Source: an uncultured Gammaproteobacteria bacterium
Lineage (GTDB): Bacteria > Pseudomonadota > Gammaproteobacteria > CAWCPV01
NCBI GenBank assembly: GCA_963797555.1
Contig: CAWCPV010000016.1
Coordinates: forward strand, 64,001-128,000
Direction: 5' to 3'
DNA length: 64,000 nucleotides
Shown: positions 54,148-63,302 of the stretch, one piece after another
How the letters are laid out: each line of letters starts with the position of its first letter
How positions within the stretch are numbered: position 1 is the stretch's first letter
Notes under the pieces: generated by a model
Told to the model about the DNA's origin: nothing
What the model saw: only the letters and a program-made list of their open reading frames with translations
Database searches by the model: none
Made by a program: the position numbers and the translations under genes

Positions 54148-54387
54148 CTAATCCTCCCCTTCGAACATGCGCCGAATCTCATTGGCATGCAGGGTGTCGA
54201 AATCTTCGGGAACTTCGAAGTGGCCCCTGCCGAGACCGAGCTGCCGCGGTTGCTTGCGCGGCTGCAGCGGCACCAGGCGCGCGATCGGCTTGCCGGCCTT
54301 GGCGATGATGATCTCCTCGCCCGCGGCCGCCTCCTCAACGTAGCAGGACAGGTGGGTCTTGGCCTCGTGGATGTTGATGGTCCTCAC
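54148..54387 (-). CDS. Phd/YefM antitoxin
   Basis: INIHEAKTHLS, GEEIII.KAGKPIARLVP. Confidence 0.9.
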   Translation of the reverse strand: MRTINIHEAKTHLSCYVEEAAAGEEIIIAKAGKPIARLVPLQPRKQPRQLGLGRGHFEVPEDFDTLHANEIRRMFEGED

Positions 54388-54592
54388 GGCGGAAACCCCG
54401 ACGGAGCAACTGACCGGACCAAACCTTAGTTCATGCCTGGATCGGTGTCGATGGTGCCCGACGCCCGAAAAGAATTGCGTCCCCGTTTACATCCCAAAGG
54501 CAAGACGAAAGACGCGACCCCAACCCGATCCCGCGCGGGGTATGCCGGCTGGTGCGGGGGCTACCGGCCAACCCCGAGCACCGCCTGGATTG

Positions 54593-55314
54593 TCAGCCGA
54601 ACAGGTCCCCTGACGGCAGGGTTTCACGGCGGGGCTTGGGTGGCCGGCCGGCCTTGCCGGGGCTCGCCTTGCGTCCGAGTGCCGCTTCCACCTGCAGCCG
54701 GAAGCGTTCGCCGCCGAGCGCGAAGTTTCCGTTGGTGGCCAAGCGGATCTCATCAACCGTCTCCGGATCGAGCTCGCTGCGGAACAGCAGCCGATACGCT
54801 TCCCGCGTGCGGTCTCCGAACGGCCAAGCGCGAGGTACTGGGCATGCGGTACCACGTGCTTGGAAGTCTTGCCTTCAGCGTTCGTCCGGTAGCTGGACCA
54901 GCGGTAATAGCGCGGATGACTGACCATCTGCGCCCGCACGGGATTCAGCTCGATGTAGCGGTAACAGGCCAGCACATAGTTCTCTTCCTGCGCCACCCAG
55001 GATCGAAAGCGTCCCTCCCACAGCGTCCCGCTGCGCCGATAGGTACGATTGACGTACTGCACATAGCGCTGGCCCAGGTGCTTCATCAACAGCGAAGCGC
55101 TGTCGGCTTTCTGCGGCGTGAGCAACAAGTGCACATGGTTGGTCATCAGCACGTAGGCGTGGACCGCGCAGCCGAACTTCGTTGCATTCTCGGCCAAACG
55201 CTCCAGGTAAAGTACGTAGTCTTCGTCGGCGAAGAAGCAGGCGTCGCGGTTGTGACCGCGCTGGATCAGGTGCAGCGGAACACCGGCAAGCGCAATGCGA
55301 GGGCGGCGGGGCAT
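54593..55314 (-). mobile_element. REP-associated tyrosine transposase (RAYT, Y1 HUH), frameshift ~54805
   Basis: MPRRPR, H.IQRG.NR..CF, YVLMTNHVHLL, G.LWEGRF, YIELNPVRA, WSSY. Confidence 0.92.
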
Positions 55315-55322
55315 ACGCGCGC

Positions 55323-55556
55323 TTAGTGGTTCTCGGCCTCCGCCGCAAAAACCTCGGCCGTCAGCCCGGCCGCCCGAATCAGGCTGCGCAGCGTTCCCCT
55401 GGCGACTTCCTTGTGATCCGGCACCGACAGCGTCGCGATACGGTCGGGCTTGACGAGGATAATGTGGCTGCCGCGCCGTCGCACCACTGAACCGCCCAGC
55501 CTCTCGAACACATGAACGACCTCGCGCCCGCTGAGGACCGGCAGGACCGGCGTCAC
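55323..55556 (-). CDS. hicA: HicA toxin
   Basis: LPVLSGREV, R.RGSH, VP.H.E...GTL.S.IR. Confidence 0.88.
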   Translation of the reverse strand: MTPVLPVLSGREVVHVFERLGGSVVRRRGSHIILVKPDRIATLSVPDHKEVARGTLRSLIRAAGLTAEVFAAEAENH

Positions 55557-55759
55557 GCGGAAACCTCGATCTGACGCGTCTCGATGGTCCGGGGAAGCCC
55601 CCGCTCGGCCCGTACTTCCAGGCACAGCTTGATGACCTCGGCGATATTGGCGAGCGCCTCATCTTTCGTGGCTCCCTGGCTAACGCAACCGGGAATCGCC
55701 GGGCACTCCACGATCCAGATGCCATCTTCGTCCCTGTCGATCGTCACGTTGAACTTCAT
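55553..55759 (-). CDS. hicB: HicB antitoxin (short form)
   Basis: DEDG.W.VECP.IPGC.SQG.T..EAL.NI. Confidence 0.9.
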   Translation of the reverse strand: MKFNVTIDRDEDGIWIVECPAIPGCVSQGATKDEALANIAEVIKLCLEVRAERGLPRTIETRQIEVSA

Positions 55760-55969
55760 CGCATCGCACTCCGCGGGGTGGGGTGTGTCATCATGCCAAA
55801 TCAAGAGGCGCCGCCAAGACAATGGTGGTCTGTCCCCGATCGCCCATGGTTGCGGGCACGGTCCACAGAAATCGTTCAGGGTCCGCCTGCGATTCGAAGT
55901 AGCCACGTTGGCAAACCATTTCCCTCGCTGCCACACTAACGAGGTGACACCGACAGAGGAGTCCAAGCC

Positions 55970-56332
55970 GTGAGCGCCACACCGACGCCACTTGCCCTCG
56001 AGCGAGAAGCTCCCCCCCTGCGCCAAGACGCGAACGGAGTGATCCGCGTCGCGCAAACCCGCGTGACGCTCGAGAGCATCATCTCCCTCTTCGAGCAAGG
56101 GGCGAGTCCCGAAGAGATTGCGCTGCGCTACGATGTCCTGGATCTGCATGACATCTACGCGACCCTGAGCTACTACCTCGGTCATCGGCAACAGACGCAG
56201 GAGTACCTGGACCGCGCACGTCAAGTATCGCTCGGGGCACGGCGTGACGCGGAGCGCCGCTCAGGCGCTGCGGAGATACGCGAGCGTCTGATGCGCTACC
56301 GGAACCGCCCCGATGCTCAGTCTGCTGGCTGA
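55970..56332 (+). CDS. DUF433 antitoxin
   Basis: TRVTLE.I...F..G.SPEEI...Y..L.L.DIYA..SYY. Confidence 0.88.
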   Translation: MSATPTPLALEREAPPLRQDANGVIRVAQTRVTLESIISLFEQGASPEEIALRYDVLDLHDIYATLSYYLGHRQQTQEYLDRARQVSLGARRDAERRSGAAEIRERLMRYRNRPDAQSAG

Positions 56333-56663
56333 CGAAAACCTCGACGCGAACATTATGCGCGGGGTCCTGCGACGCGTCCGCGACATCGACGTCGTCCGAG
56401 TGCAGGACGTAGGCCTTACCGGGACCGACGATTCGAAGGTTCTTGCATGGGCCGCCGAGCACGGCCGCGTGCTGGTCACACACGATGTCGAGACGGTGAC
56501 GCGGTTTGCCCTCGAGCGCGTCCATGCGGGTCTGCCGATGCCCGGCGTGATTGAGATCATCGCATCGGCCTCGATCGGCAAAGCTGTGGACGACCTGGCA
56601 TTGGTGCTCGAATGCTTGGCGGAAGGCGAGCTGTACGACCAGGTTCTCTACCTACCGCTGTAG
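56313..56663 (+). CDS. DUF5615 PIN-like toxin
   Basis: LLADEN, GL.G.DD..VL.WA....R.LVTHD. Confidence 0.88.
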   Translation: MLSLLADENLDANIMRGVLRRVRDIDVVRVQDVGLTGTDDSKVLAWAAEHGRVLVTHDVETVTRFALERVHAGLPMPGVIEIIASASIGKAVDDLALVLECLAEGELYDQVLYLPL

Positions 56664-56836
56664 TCGGGCAATGGAGGCCGATACGTGATCACCGTGCCGC
56701 CGGGGTAACGCGATAGGAACTCTCCTAGCTTCGCACCCGAACCCGACCCGTACGAGAAGACAATCGGGGTCTGTCGCCGATTATCGCGAAACGGTCTCGC
56801 ATGGCCCGCACGATACGACGTCCTCGCCGGAGGTTA

Positions 56837-56888
56837 CAAGGCGAGAACTGACCCTGGATCCCCAAGGCGAGAACTGACCCTGGATCCC
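56837..56888. repeat. Perfect 26-bp tandem duplication
   Basis: caaggcgagaactgaccctggatccc x2. Confidence 0.92.
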
Positions 56889-57167
56889 GCTGGATCCCGC
56901 CCTCGGAGCCGGGCTGAAGGGACTCCGCGTCATCCTGGGCGCCGGCCCAGGCACCGGCGTTCGGGAGCGTACCAGGCGGGTCATGCGGCCTGCCATTGGA
57001 GAGCAACGGGTTCCCCACAATGCCTGCGGGGGTGACCAGCGTTTGTGTACCCGCCAGAAGAAAACGACGACGATCCATCTGAGACCTCCGTGCCGAAGGC
57101 CGTGGGGCGTAGCTCCTTGCGCCAGCACCGCCAAGTGCACAGCGCAGCGTGCTCCCCACTTGGATAC

Positions 57168-57878
57168 CTATGGTGTCACTGCGTGCGCCCCGGCGCCGCC
57201 CAGTCCCCCTCCCTGCAGGCCCCAGTATGTCGCCTGATAATCAAGGTCGCTTCTAAGATTGGCGCCATCCATTAGGCGTAGCGCCGCGATCCCCTTGTCC
57301 AGGAGTGGACCCAGGTTATCGCTTGTCTGGATTGCCACCAAGGGCCACGGCACAACAGCCAGTTCGTCCAAGTCGTCGCTCCCGCCTGCCCCAAGTAATT
57401 CCTCCGGCCACGGTTCTTCAGGAAACTTGCGGAACATGGAAGCGGCGGACGGATTGGCGACCGATGAATAGATGGCGAGCGCAATTTTGCTGCACGTCTG
57501 CGAAGGCCAAACACCCCCCACGGCCTTGCATCGCGCTCGAGCAAAATATCCGAATGGTGTCCAAAATAGGCCATCAGGATTGAACTTCATAAAACAAATA
57601 GCCCATACGAAATGGTCATTTGTCTGCGAAAACTCTTCTCTCCCCTCGATGAATTGACCCCAGTAAATACGAGGCAAGATGAAACCCTCATCGCCCACCC
57701 AGCTCCAGGTTTCGCAAGTAAATTTCTTCGTGTAGCCAATCACCTTACACGTAAGTCCTTTCTCTTCGAGCACTTGCCTGATAGTCTCCGCTAACCAGTA
57801 CATGCTGCGAAAGTACTTGTTGGCTTGGTAGTAGGCCTTGGCGCATTCCAGCCCCCTGTCCGTCATTGCATTGTTCAC
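57168..57878 (-). CDS. Hypothetical protein (236 aa), aromatic-rich, lower GC
   Basis: GTG start with GGAGG RBS; follows the interrupted nuclease gene; no family recognised. Confidence 0.72.
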   Translation of the reverse strand: MNNAMTDRGLECAKAYYQANKYFRSMYWLAETIRQVLEEKGLTCKVIGYTKKFTCETWSWVGDEGFILPRIYWGQFIEGREEFSQTNDHFVWAICFMKFNPDGLFWTPFGYFARARCKAVGGVWPSQTCSKIALAIYSSVANPSAASMFRKFPEEPWPEELLGAGGSDDLDELAVVPWPLVAIQTSDNLGPLLDKGIAALRLMDGANLRSDLDYQATYWGLQGGGLGGAGAHAVTP

Positions 57879-58230
57879 CCTTAGTCCTCCGTGTTTTGTT
57901 GGAAAATTATCAAACACTCTGACCGTGAAACGGCGCAGGAAACGTTTCCAACTCGCCACCGAAGCGCGCCAAGTACTTCTGTGAACATTGCGTCGCCATC
58001 GGAGCGTAATTGACGAGCGGGCCACAACACGTCCAAGTCAGAGTCTCAGCGGCCGCGGCAAATGCCGTGGGGCGCCAAATGGGAAATTGGTGGGCACCGC
58101 TAAATCGCCCGAACCCTTTATGCTCGCACAGATCCCGGGTAACCGTTCAGACCCTCCCACCAGTTGATCGATGCGTTAAGAGCGCGTCCAGCGCAGCAGA
58201 GCCGCTCGGCTTGTCGTACACTCCCGGCTC

Positions 58231-58949
58231 ATGGATCAAGAGCCCTCTATTCCGCAGGCGATCACGGCGAGCGGCCGGAGCTTTACCGAAGAGGAGATCT
58301 CCGCCATCGTCCGAATGGTGTCGATGTGCGTGGGCCTGAGTCGTTTTGAGCTGGCGCAGACCATCTGTGAGCTGCTGGGGTGGAGACGGGACAACGGAGC
58401 CCTGAAGTCCCGCGAGGGTCGGGATCTACTGGAGCGGTTGGAAGCTCGGGGGGATCTGGGGCTTCCCGCCAAGCGCACGGGCAGGCCCAAGGGGCGGCGC
58501 ACCTGCACTGCGCAGACCGATCGGGGCGAACGCCGCGGCGAGATTGCCGGTGCGCTGCAGGAGGTGGCCCCGGTGGAGCTTCAGTTAGTGCGCCAGGCCG
58601 AGGGACGGGCATTGTGGCGCGAGCTTCTCGCGCGCTATCACTACTTGGGCTATGCCACACCCTTTGGGGCCCAGTTGGTCTATCTCATCCGCTCCCAGCG
58701 CCGGGAGGGGGAGGTGTTGGGCGGGCTCACCTACACCAGCCCGGCCTGGCGCATGCAGGCCCGCGATGCGTGGATCGGCTGCGCTTTGCCGGGACCTGCT
58801 ACCGGGCGGCCAACTGGTGCGAGGTGGGCGAGACCAGCGGACGCGGGCGCATGGACCGTGCGCACCAACGCCATGGCAGAGCGATAAAGCGGGTCTTCCT
58901 CTACGCTCTGCACCCGCAGGCCAGAGAGCGCCTGCGCGGTGAGCGCTGA
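58231..58949 (+). pseudogene. DUF4338 (DruA-like) passenger gene with frame-shifting internal deletion
   Basis: YHYLGY...G..L.Y, AWR...RD.WIG joined to RF.GTCY.AANW..VG.T.GRGR in another frame. Confidence 0.82.
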
Positions 58950-58951
58950 AC

Positions 58952-60521
58952 TCAAGCGGGCGCAGGAAGCGGCGGTGCCTCAAAGCCGCGGCGTCGGTGG
59001 GCGAGGACATCTCTGAGATAGCACAGCGGGGAGCTCAATCGCAGCCGAGAAGTCTCGATCACACTGGCGAGCAGCGCCAGCGCCCGGCTGCCTTGTTCGC
59101 TGCGGGTCCCCTGGCTGATGCGACGCAGAATCACCCAGTGACGCAGCGCCCGCTCCGCCACGTTGTTGGTCAGCGGCAGCTGAGGCTCATCCAACACCCG
59201 GAAGATCGCCCCCCAGTCGTTGAGCAGCTCCTTGCCCAGCGCCTGGGCCTTGTCATAAGGGCAGCAGCTCATGCGTTCACACAGGGCCGTGAGCTCGTTG
59301 AGCTCCGCCCGGGTGGGCTTGCCGCAGGGAGCCGCCCGGTCCCTCGCGGGCGTGATAGACGGCCTGCATCAGCGCATCGAGCAGGTCATAGACCGCCTGG
59401 CCGTAGCCCTGGAGGGTGGGCGAGAGGCAATCCCTCAGGCCCCGGGCCTTGCGAATGAGATGCGCCCAGCAACGCAGGCGCTTGGCATAGTCCCGATAGA
59501 CCTGGTACCCATCGCTCATCAGATAGCCGCAGAAGAGATCCTCGATGAGGTTCTGAAACATCTCTTTGGCGCGAGAGCCGACCAAGAACAGCGCCGTCGA
59601 GGCCGAGATGAACACCCATAACCACAAGGGCTCTCCCCATTGCTTGTGCGGTGTCTCATCGGCATGCATGAGGGCCGCTTCCAGCAACTGGGTCACCAGC
59701 TCATCCTCGACCGGCTCGCAGGCACGGGCGGTCTCCATCACGCATTGGTGGAGGGTGCCGATGCCGAGCGCCAGCCCAAACACCTCGTGCAGGAACTCCC
59801 GGACCAGGCGGATGGACAGGCGCATCCGAAACCGCAGCCAGACGATGAAGGCGCACAATCCCGGCCCCACCAGGCGCCACTCGCCAAGCTCCACCCCTCG
59901 CCAGCATCCCAAGTGCTCGGGCGCGCGGTGCGGCGCCTGCCGGGTCTCATGACCACAGTCGCAACGGCTCTGGTAGTATACCTGCCGCGTGCAGGTCAGG
60001 CGCAGCCCCGGCGCCTGCTCATCGCCAAAGACCAAGTCCAGCCTATCAAAGGCGGTGTAGGGCTTCGCCTGCTCAGGATTGAGCGCCCCACCACACAGCG
60101 CACAACTTCCCGGCCGATGATGGTCCCAATCGGTGACTGTCAGCTTCTGGGCGCGCCCGAATCCCTGGGAGCCAGGCTGCCGGCCCGCTCGGCGCTGCGT
60201 CCCTGAGGTCTTGCCACTCGTGTCCTTTGCGCCCTTCTGGCCGCCAGCCCCGGGGAGGCCATCCTCCTCAGAACGGCTCTTGGCCTCCTCGTCCTCAGGA
60301 CCGGCGTCGGCCTCTTCGTCCTCCCGCGCACGCAGCCAGGGGTCTTGACTGCTCGGCGGACGAGAGCTATTGGAGGGACTCTGATTGAGCCGCTCCCACG
60401 CTTCCTTGAGATCCTGCAGCAGGCGGATGCTCAGCGCTGCCAGCGCATCGGGATCCTTCTGCCTCAGCTCCAGAATGCGCTCCTCGCTGAGCTGACGAAG
60501 GTCGTGCTCCTTGAGCACCAT
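58952..60521 (-). CDS. IS66 transposase, frameshift ~59310
   Basis: NSSRPPS, C..CG zinc finger, HADET, SDGY.VY, CWAHLIR, TNNVAERALR. Confidence 0.93.
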
Positions 60522-61454
60522 GATTGTGTGTGACAGTGAGGTCGAGGAACATCCTGCCAAGGGCACCCAACTGTCTCACGCTGGAACCGTTTTGTCCAGC
60601 CCTCCGGGTCAAAATATTCCAGGGGGGTGAACGGTTACGATCCCGGAGGTCCTTTACGATTCGGACAGGGCCGAACTGCGCGAGCTCAGACGTTTTGCAC
60701 AATGCATCTAATGCCTCTGGAAGATCGTTCCAGCTTAGCCAGTAAAGCTCCACGTGCCGGAGTCCTTCCCGATCTGCCTTCTCCCGCGAGGCATCCATGA
60801 TATCGGTCGGATAGGCGTGGTCTCGGGTCAAGAAGATCTCCACCTTGCGACAGGCGGGCCAGCGCTGCGAGGCCCCACGCATTTGTCGCACCAACTGGTT
60901 CATCGATCGCCTGCGCGCCTCTTCCACATCCGCTGCTGCTAAACTACTGGTGCCCGCATCTTGTGATGCAGGTGAAGGGTCGTCGCTGCTCAGACCACTG
61001 CGGTACTTGACTTCGATGAGCACAACAGTCTGTCGGCGTCCGGTTTCGGAGATTTCCACCTGGAGGTCAGGCTGAACGGTGGAATCGCCGTCCGGCAGAG
61101 TGGGCCAGAACGCCACGGCTTGCACTGTCGGTTGCTCGAATCTCAATCGATCGTGCTCCGCGTTCGGTCCTCCGCGGCGATAAGCTTTTTCCAGAAAGGG
61201 TAACAGTAACTGCTCGGGCGGAAAGTAACGCATCGGCCCGAACACGTCACCGGTAAGTTGGTCCTCTGCACCCGCACAAGCCGGCTTTCCGTAGATTTCC
61301 GCAATCATTGATGTAAGCCCCTGAAGACCATCAGACAACATGCAAGCTGGCACTGTACCGAAAGCAAAATCCGCCGTCCATCACCCCAGTTCACGCGCGT
61401 CTTGTCGGCCCGCTCGTTCGGCCGTACCCGGCCCGACGCCGTTTCATAAACTTC

Positions 61455-61831
61455 CTATCGGGGCAGGTCCGCAAGACAGCGTGCCGCAGCCAGGGGGACC
61501 TTACCCTGTGGGACGGAAGGGGAGACGGCCCTTGACCAGCCTGGGCGCTGATCCGCCAGCGCAACGCCAGCTTCGGCTGGCGCCGCCGGAAGGTCCCTCA
61601 CCTTCCCACCTCCGCCTCCGTGAAGTTCACCAGGTACCACTTGCCCCCGAACTGACAGGCCCTGCCGACGGCCCTCACGAGGTTGTTGCCGCCGCGCAGC
61701 GACACGGCCGTCTCGTATTCCTTGCAGATGAGGCTGCGCGCGTGCCCGGAATTCCACCTGAGCGCAAGCAGCAGGCATAAGGGTATCAGCAGGAGCGGCA
61801 GGTATTGGGTCAGTCGACGGGCATGAGGCAT
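61455..61831 (-). CDS. Small membrane-anchored hypothetical protein, probable frameshift ~61605
   Basis: GAGGAG RBS; N-terminal hydrophobic helix YLPLLLIPLCLLLAL. Confidence 0.5.
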
Positions 61832-61958
61832 ATCTGTTCTCCTCGGGGGTGTGGAACGGGTTTAGCCTCAGGGAATCGACTCAGCCCGCGCTGCCTCTTC
61901 AATCACCTGTCCAGAAGCGGCCGGGCAATGCCCTCAGTCGGGCCTCGCTCTCCACCCC

Positions 61959-63302
61959 TCACCCCGCGTCCTCGAACAGCCGCACCAGACGAACGAGCGC
62001 CAGGGTATCCCGCTCGCAGTAACGCAGCAGGTGCTCTCGGAGGGCGTCCCGGCGCTCCGGGGAGGTGGCGGGCTCGACGGCCTCCAGATAGGCGAGCTGG
62101 GCCTCGACGCCGTCGCGCACCTCGGGGAGGTTCCCGTAATCGAGCTCCGGGGCGATGGTGGAGAGCACGGCCTTCAGCGAGTAACCGCCGTTCAGCGCCG
62201 GGTGGCGGTAGGCGCGCCGCGTCAGAGGCAGGAGGTCGACCAAGCGGGGTACGAGCCCGAGCAGTCCGTCCGACAGATCGGGAAACAGCTCCGCGAGCTG
62301 GCGGATGACGGTGCGCTCGAAGTGGCTGTAGATGAGGATTGGTCCATCGCGGCCGAGCGTCTCGAGGAGCGCCTCGGCGAAGCGGCGCATGGGCGGCGCA
62401 CCGCTCGTGTCCAGGAATTCGTGGTGGGTGAGGCGCCCCCGGCCATCGTCGCGGTGGCAGGACCACTGGAAGGGGAGCTGCTGATACGGCCGCGTGCCCG
62501 CCCAGAGCGGCACGGCGAACTGGATGGTCTCGAAGTCGAGATAGCGGCGGGGAAAGCCCAGAGAGCGCAACCGCTCCGCGGGCTCGGAGCCGATCCAGGG
62601 GGAATCCTGGGGCGGACCCCGGGGACTCTCCTCGGCGGTCACCGGACCCGAGCAGTGCTCCAAGAAGGGGCACGGATAAGGGTCGTCGCACTGGTCTCCG
62701 ACCGGGACGTTGGGAAGGCTCCCGTCGAGCACCGCCCGAAACCGCTCCACCCAGGTTCCGACCTCCGGCTGCAGCGCACGCGCCTCGGCGGTGAGGTCGT
62801 GGTGGGCGAAGAGCCCACGGTAGTCGCCCCCGCCGGGGTAGACGAAACCGGTGTCGATGCAGGCGAGCTCGATGCGAGACAGGGGTATCCCCGCCCTTTC
62901 CAGCACCCAGGCTTGCACGGCGCAGTCCGGCAGATAATGCTCCTTGACCGAGGCGGCGGCCTTGACCTCCCGCAGGCAGTAGCCGGGTCCGTGCGGAAGG
63001 AGGATGTCGGTGCGCACCAGGACGCGGTCGTGGCGGAACGCGCCCTCGAACACCGGACGGCGCTCGGCCAGGGCCGCCTGAGTCTCTTCCAGGGCCTGGG
63101 CGAGGTCCTCGAAGTGCTCGATGAGCCGGCCGCCAGGATGGAGCCCGCGCGCGACCGCCCCCACGTCCTCTCCTGCGGAGAGCCAGCGTGCGCGGTCATC
63201 GCCCGCCTCCGCAAGCTCGGGATGGTGGACTTCGAGGTAGAGCCGCTTGGGGCACTGCAGCCCCGCCATGATCTTCGACTTGGACAGCCAGGCGCCACTC
63301 AC
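61959..63302 (-). CDS. DUF2779 protein (Cas4/RecB-like N-domain plus RNase H-like exonuclease domain)
   Basis: LSKS.....QCPKRLYL, DIL...EVK, C..PYPCPF..HC, LDFET, PYQQLPFQWS, YSLK.VL, YCERD. Confidence 0.88.
   Translation of the reverse strand: MSGAWLSKSKIMAGLQCPKRLYLEVHHPELAEAGDDRARWLSAGEDVGAVARGLHPGGRLIEHFEDLAQALEETQAALAERRPVFEGAFRHDRVLVRTDILLPHGPGYCLREVKAAASVKEHYLPDCAVQAWVLERAGIPLSRIELACIDTGFVYPGGGDYRGLFAHHDLTAEARALQPEVGTWVERFRAVLDGSLPNVPVGDQCDDPYPCPFLEHCSGPVTAEESPRGPPQDSPWIGSEPAERLRSLGFPRRYLDFETIQFAVPLWAGTRPYQQLPFQWSCHRDDGRGRLTHHEFLDTSGAPPMRRFAEALLETLGRDGPILIYSHFERTVIRQLAELFPDLSDGLLGLVPRLVDLLPLTRRAYRHPALNGGYSLKAVLSTIAPELDYGNLPEVRDGVEAQLAYLEAVEPATSPERRDALREHLLRYCERDTLALVRLVRLFEDAG

Larger units (their letters stand above)
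55816..56781 (+). repeat. 25-bp direct repeats flanking the DUF433-DUF5615 cassette
   Basis: aagacaatggtggtctgtccccgat (55816-55840) vs aagacaatcggggtctgtcgccgat (56757-56781), 22/25 identical. Confidence 0.8.
58139..60638 (-). mobile_element. IS66-family element (2500 bp) with single-ORF transposase and a passenger gene
   Basis: Terminal IRs gtaaccgttca/tgaacggttac; 8-bp TSD gatcccgg at 58131-58138 and 60639-60646. Confidence 0.95.
57910..61308 (-). pseudogene. Putative PD-(D/E)xK nuclease gene split by IS66 (5' part 61308-60639, 3' part 58138-57910)
   Basis: ED.LTGDVFG, QPD...LIEVKYRS, NQL.RQ, WLSW; removing the IS and one TSD copy restores KDLRD|LCEHKGFGRFSG in frame. Confidence 0.8.

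Noticed and set aside
56837-56899. Possible mini-CRISPR
   Set aside because: Units are directly adjacent with no spacers, and no cas genes are present
51851-57167. Integron cassette array
   Set aside because: No intI, no RYYYAAC/GTTRRRY attC pattern, and cassette orientations are mixed
58231-58949. Druantia defence system
   Set aside because: Only a broken DUF4338 gene inside an IS; no DruE helicase or other dru genes
60367-60638. C-terminal extension of ORF 60367-61353
   Set aside because: Read-through into the IS66 end, not part of the native protein
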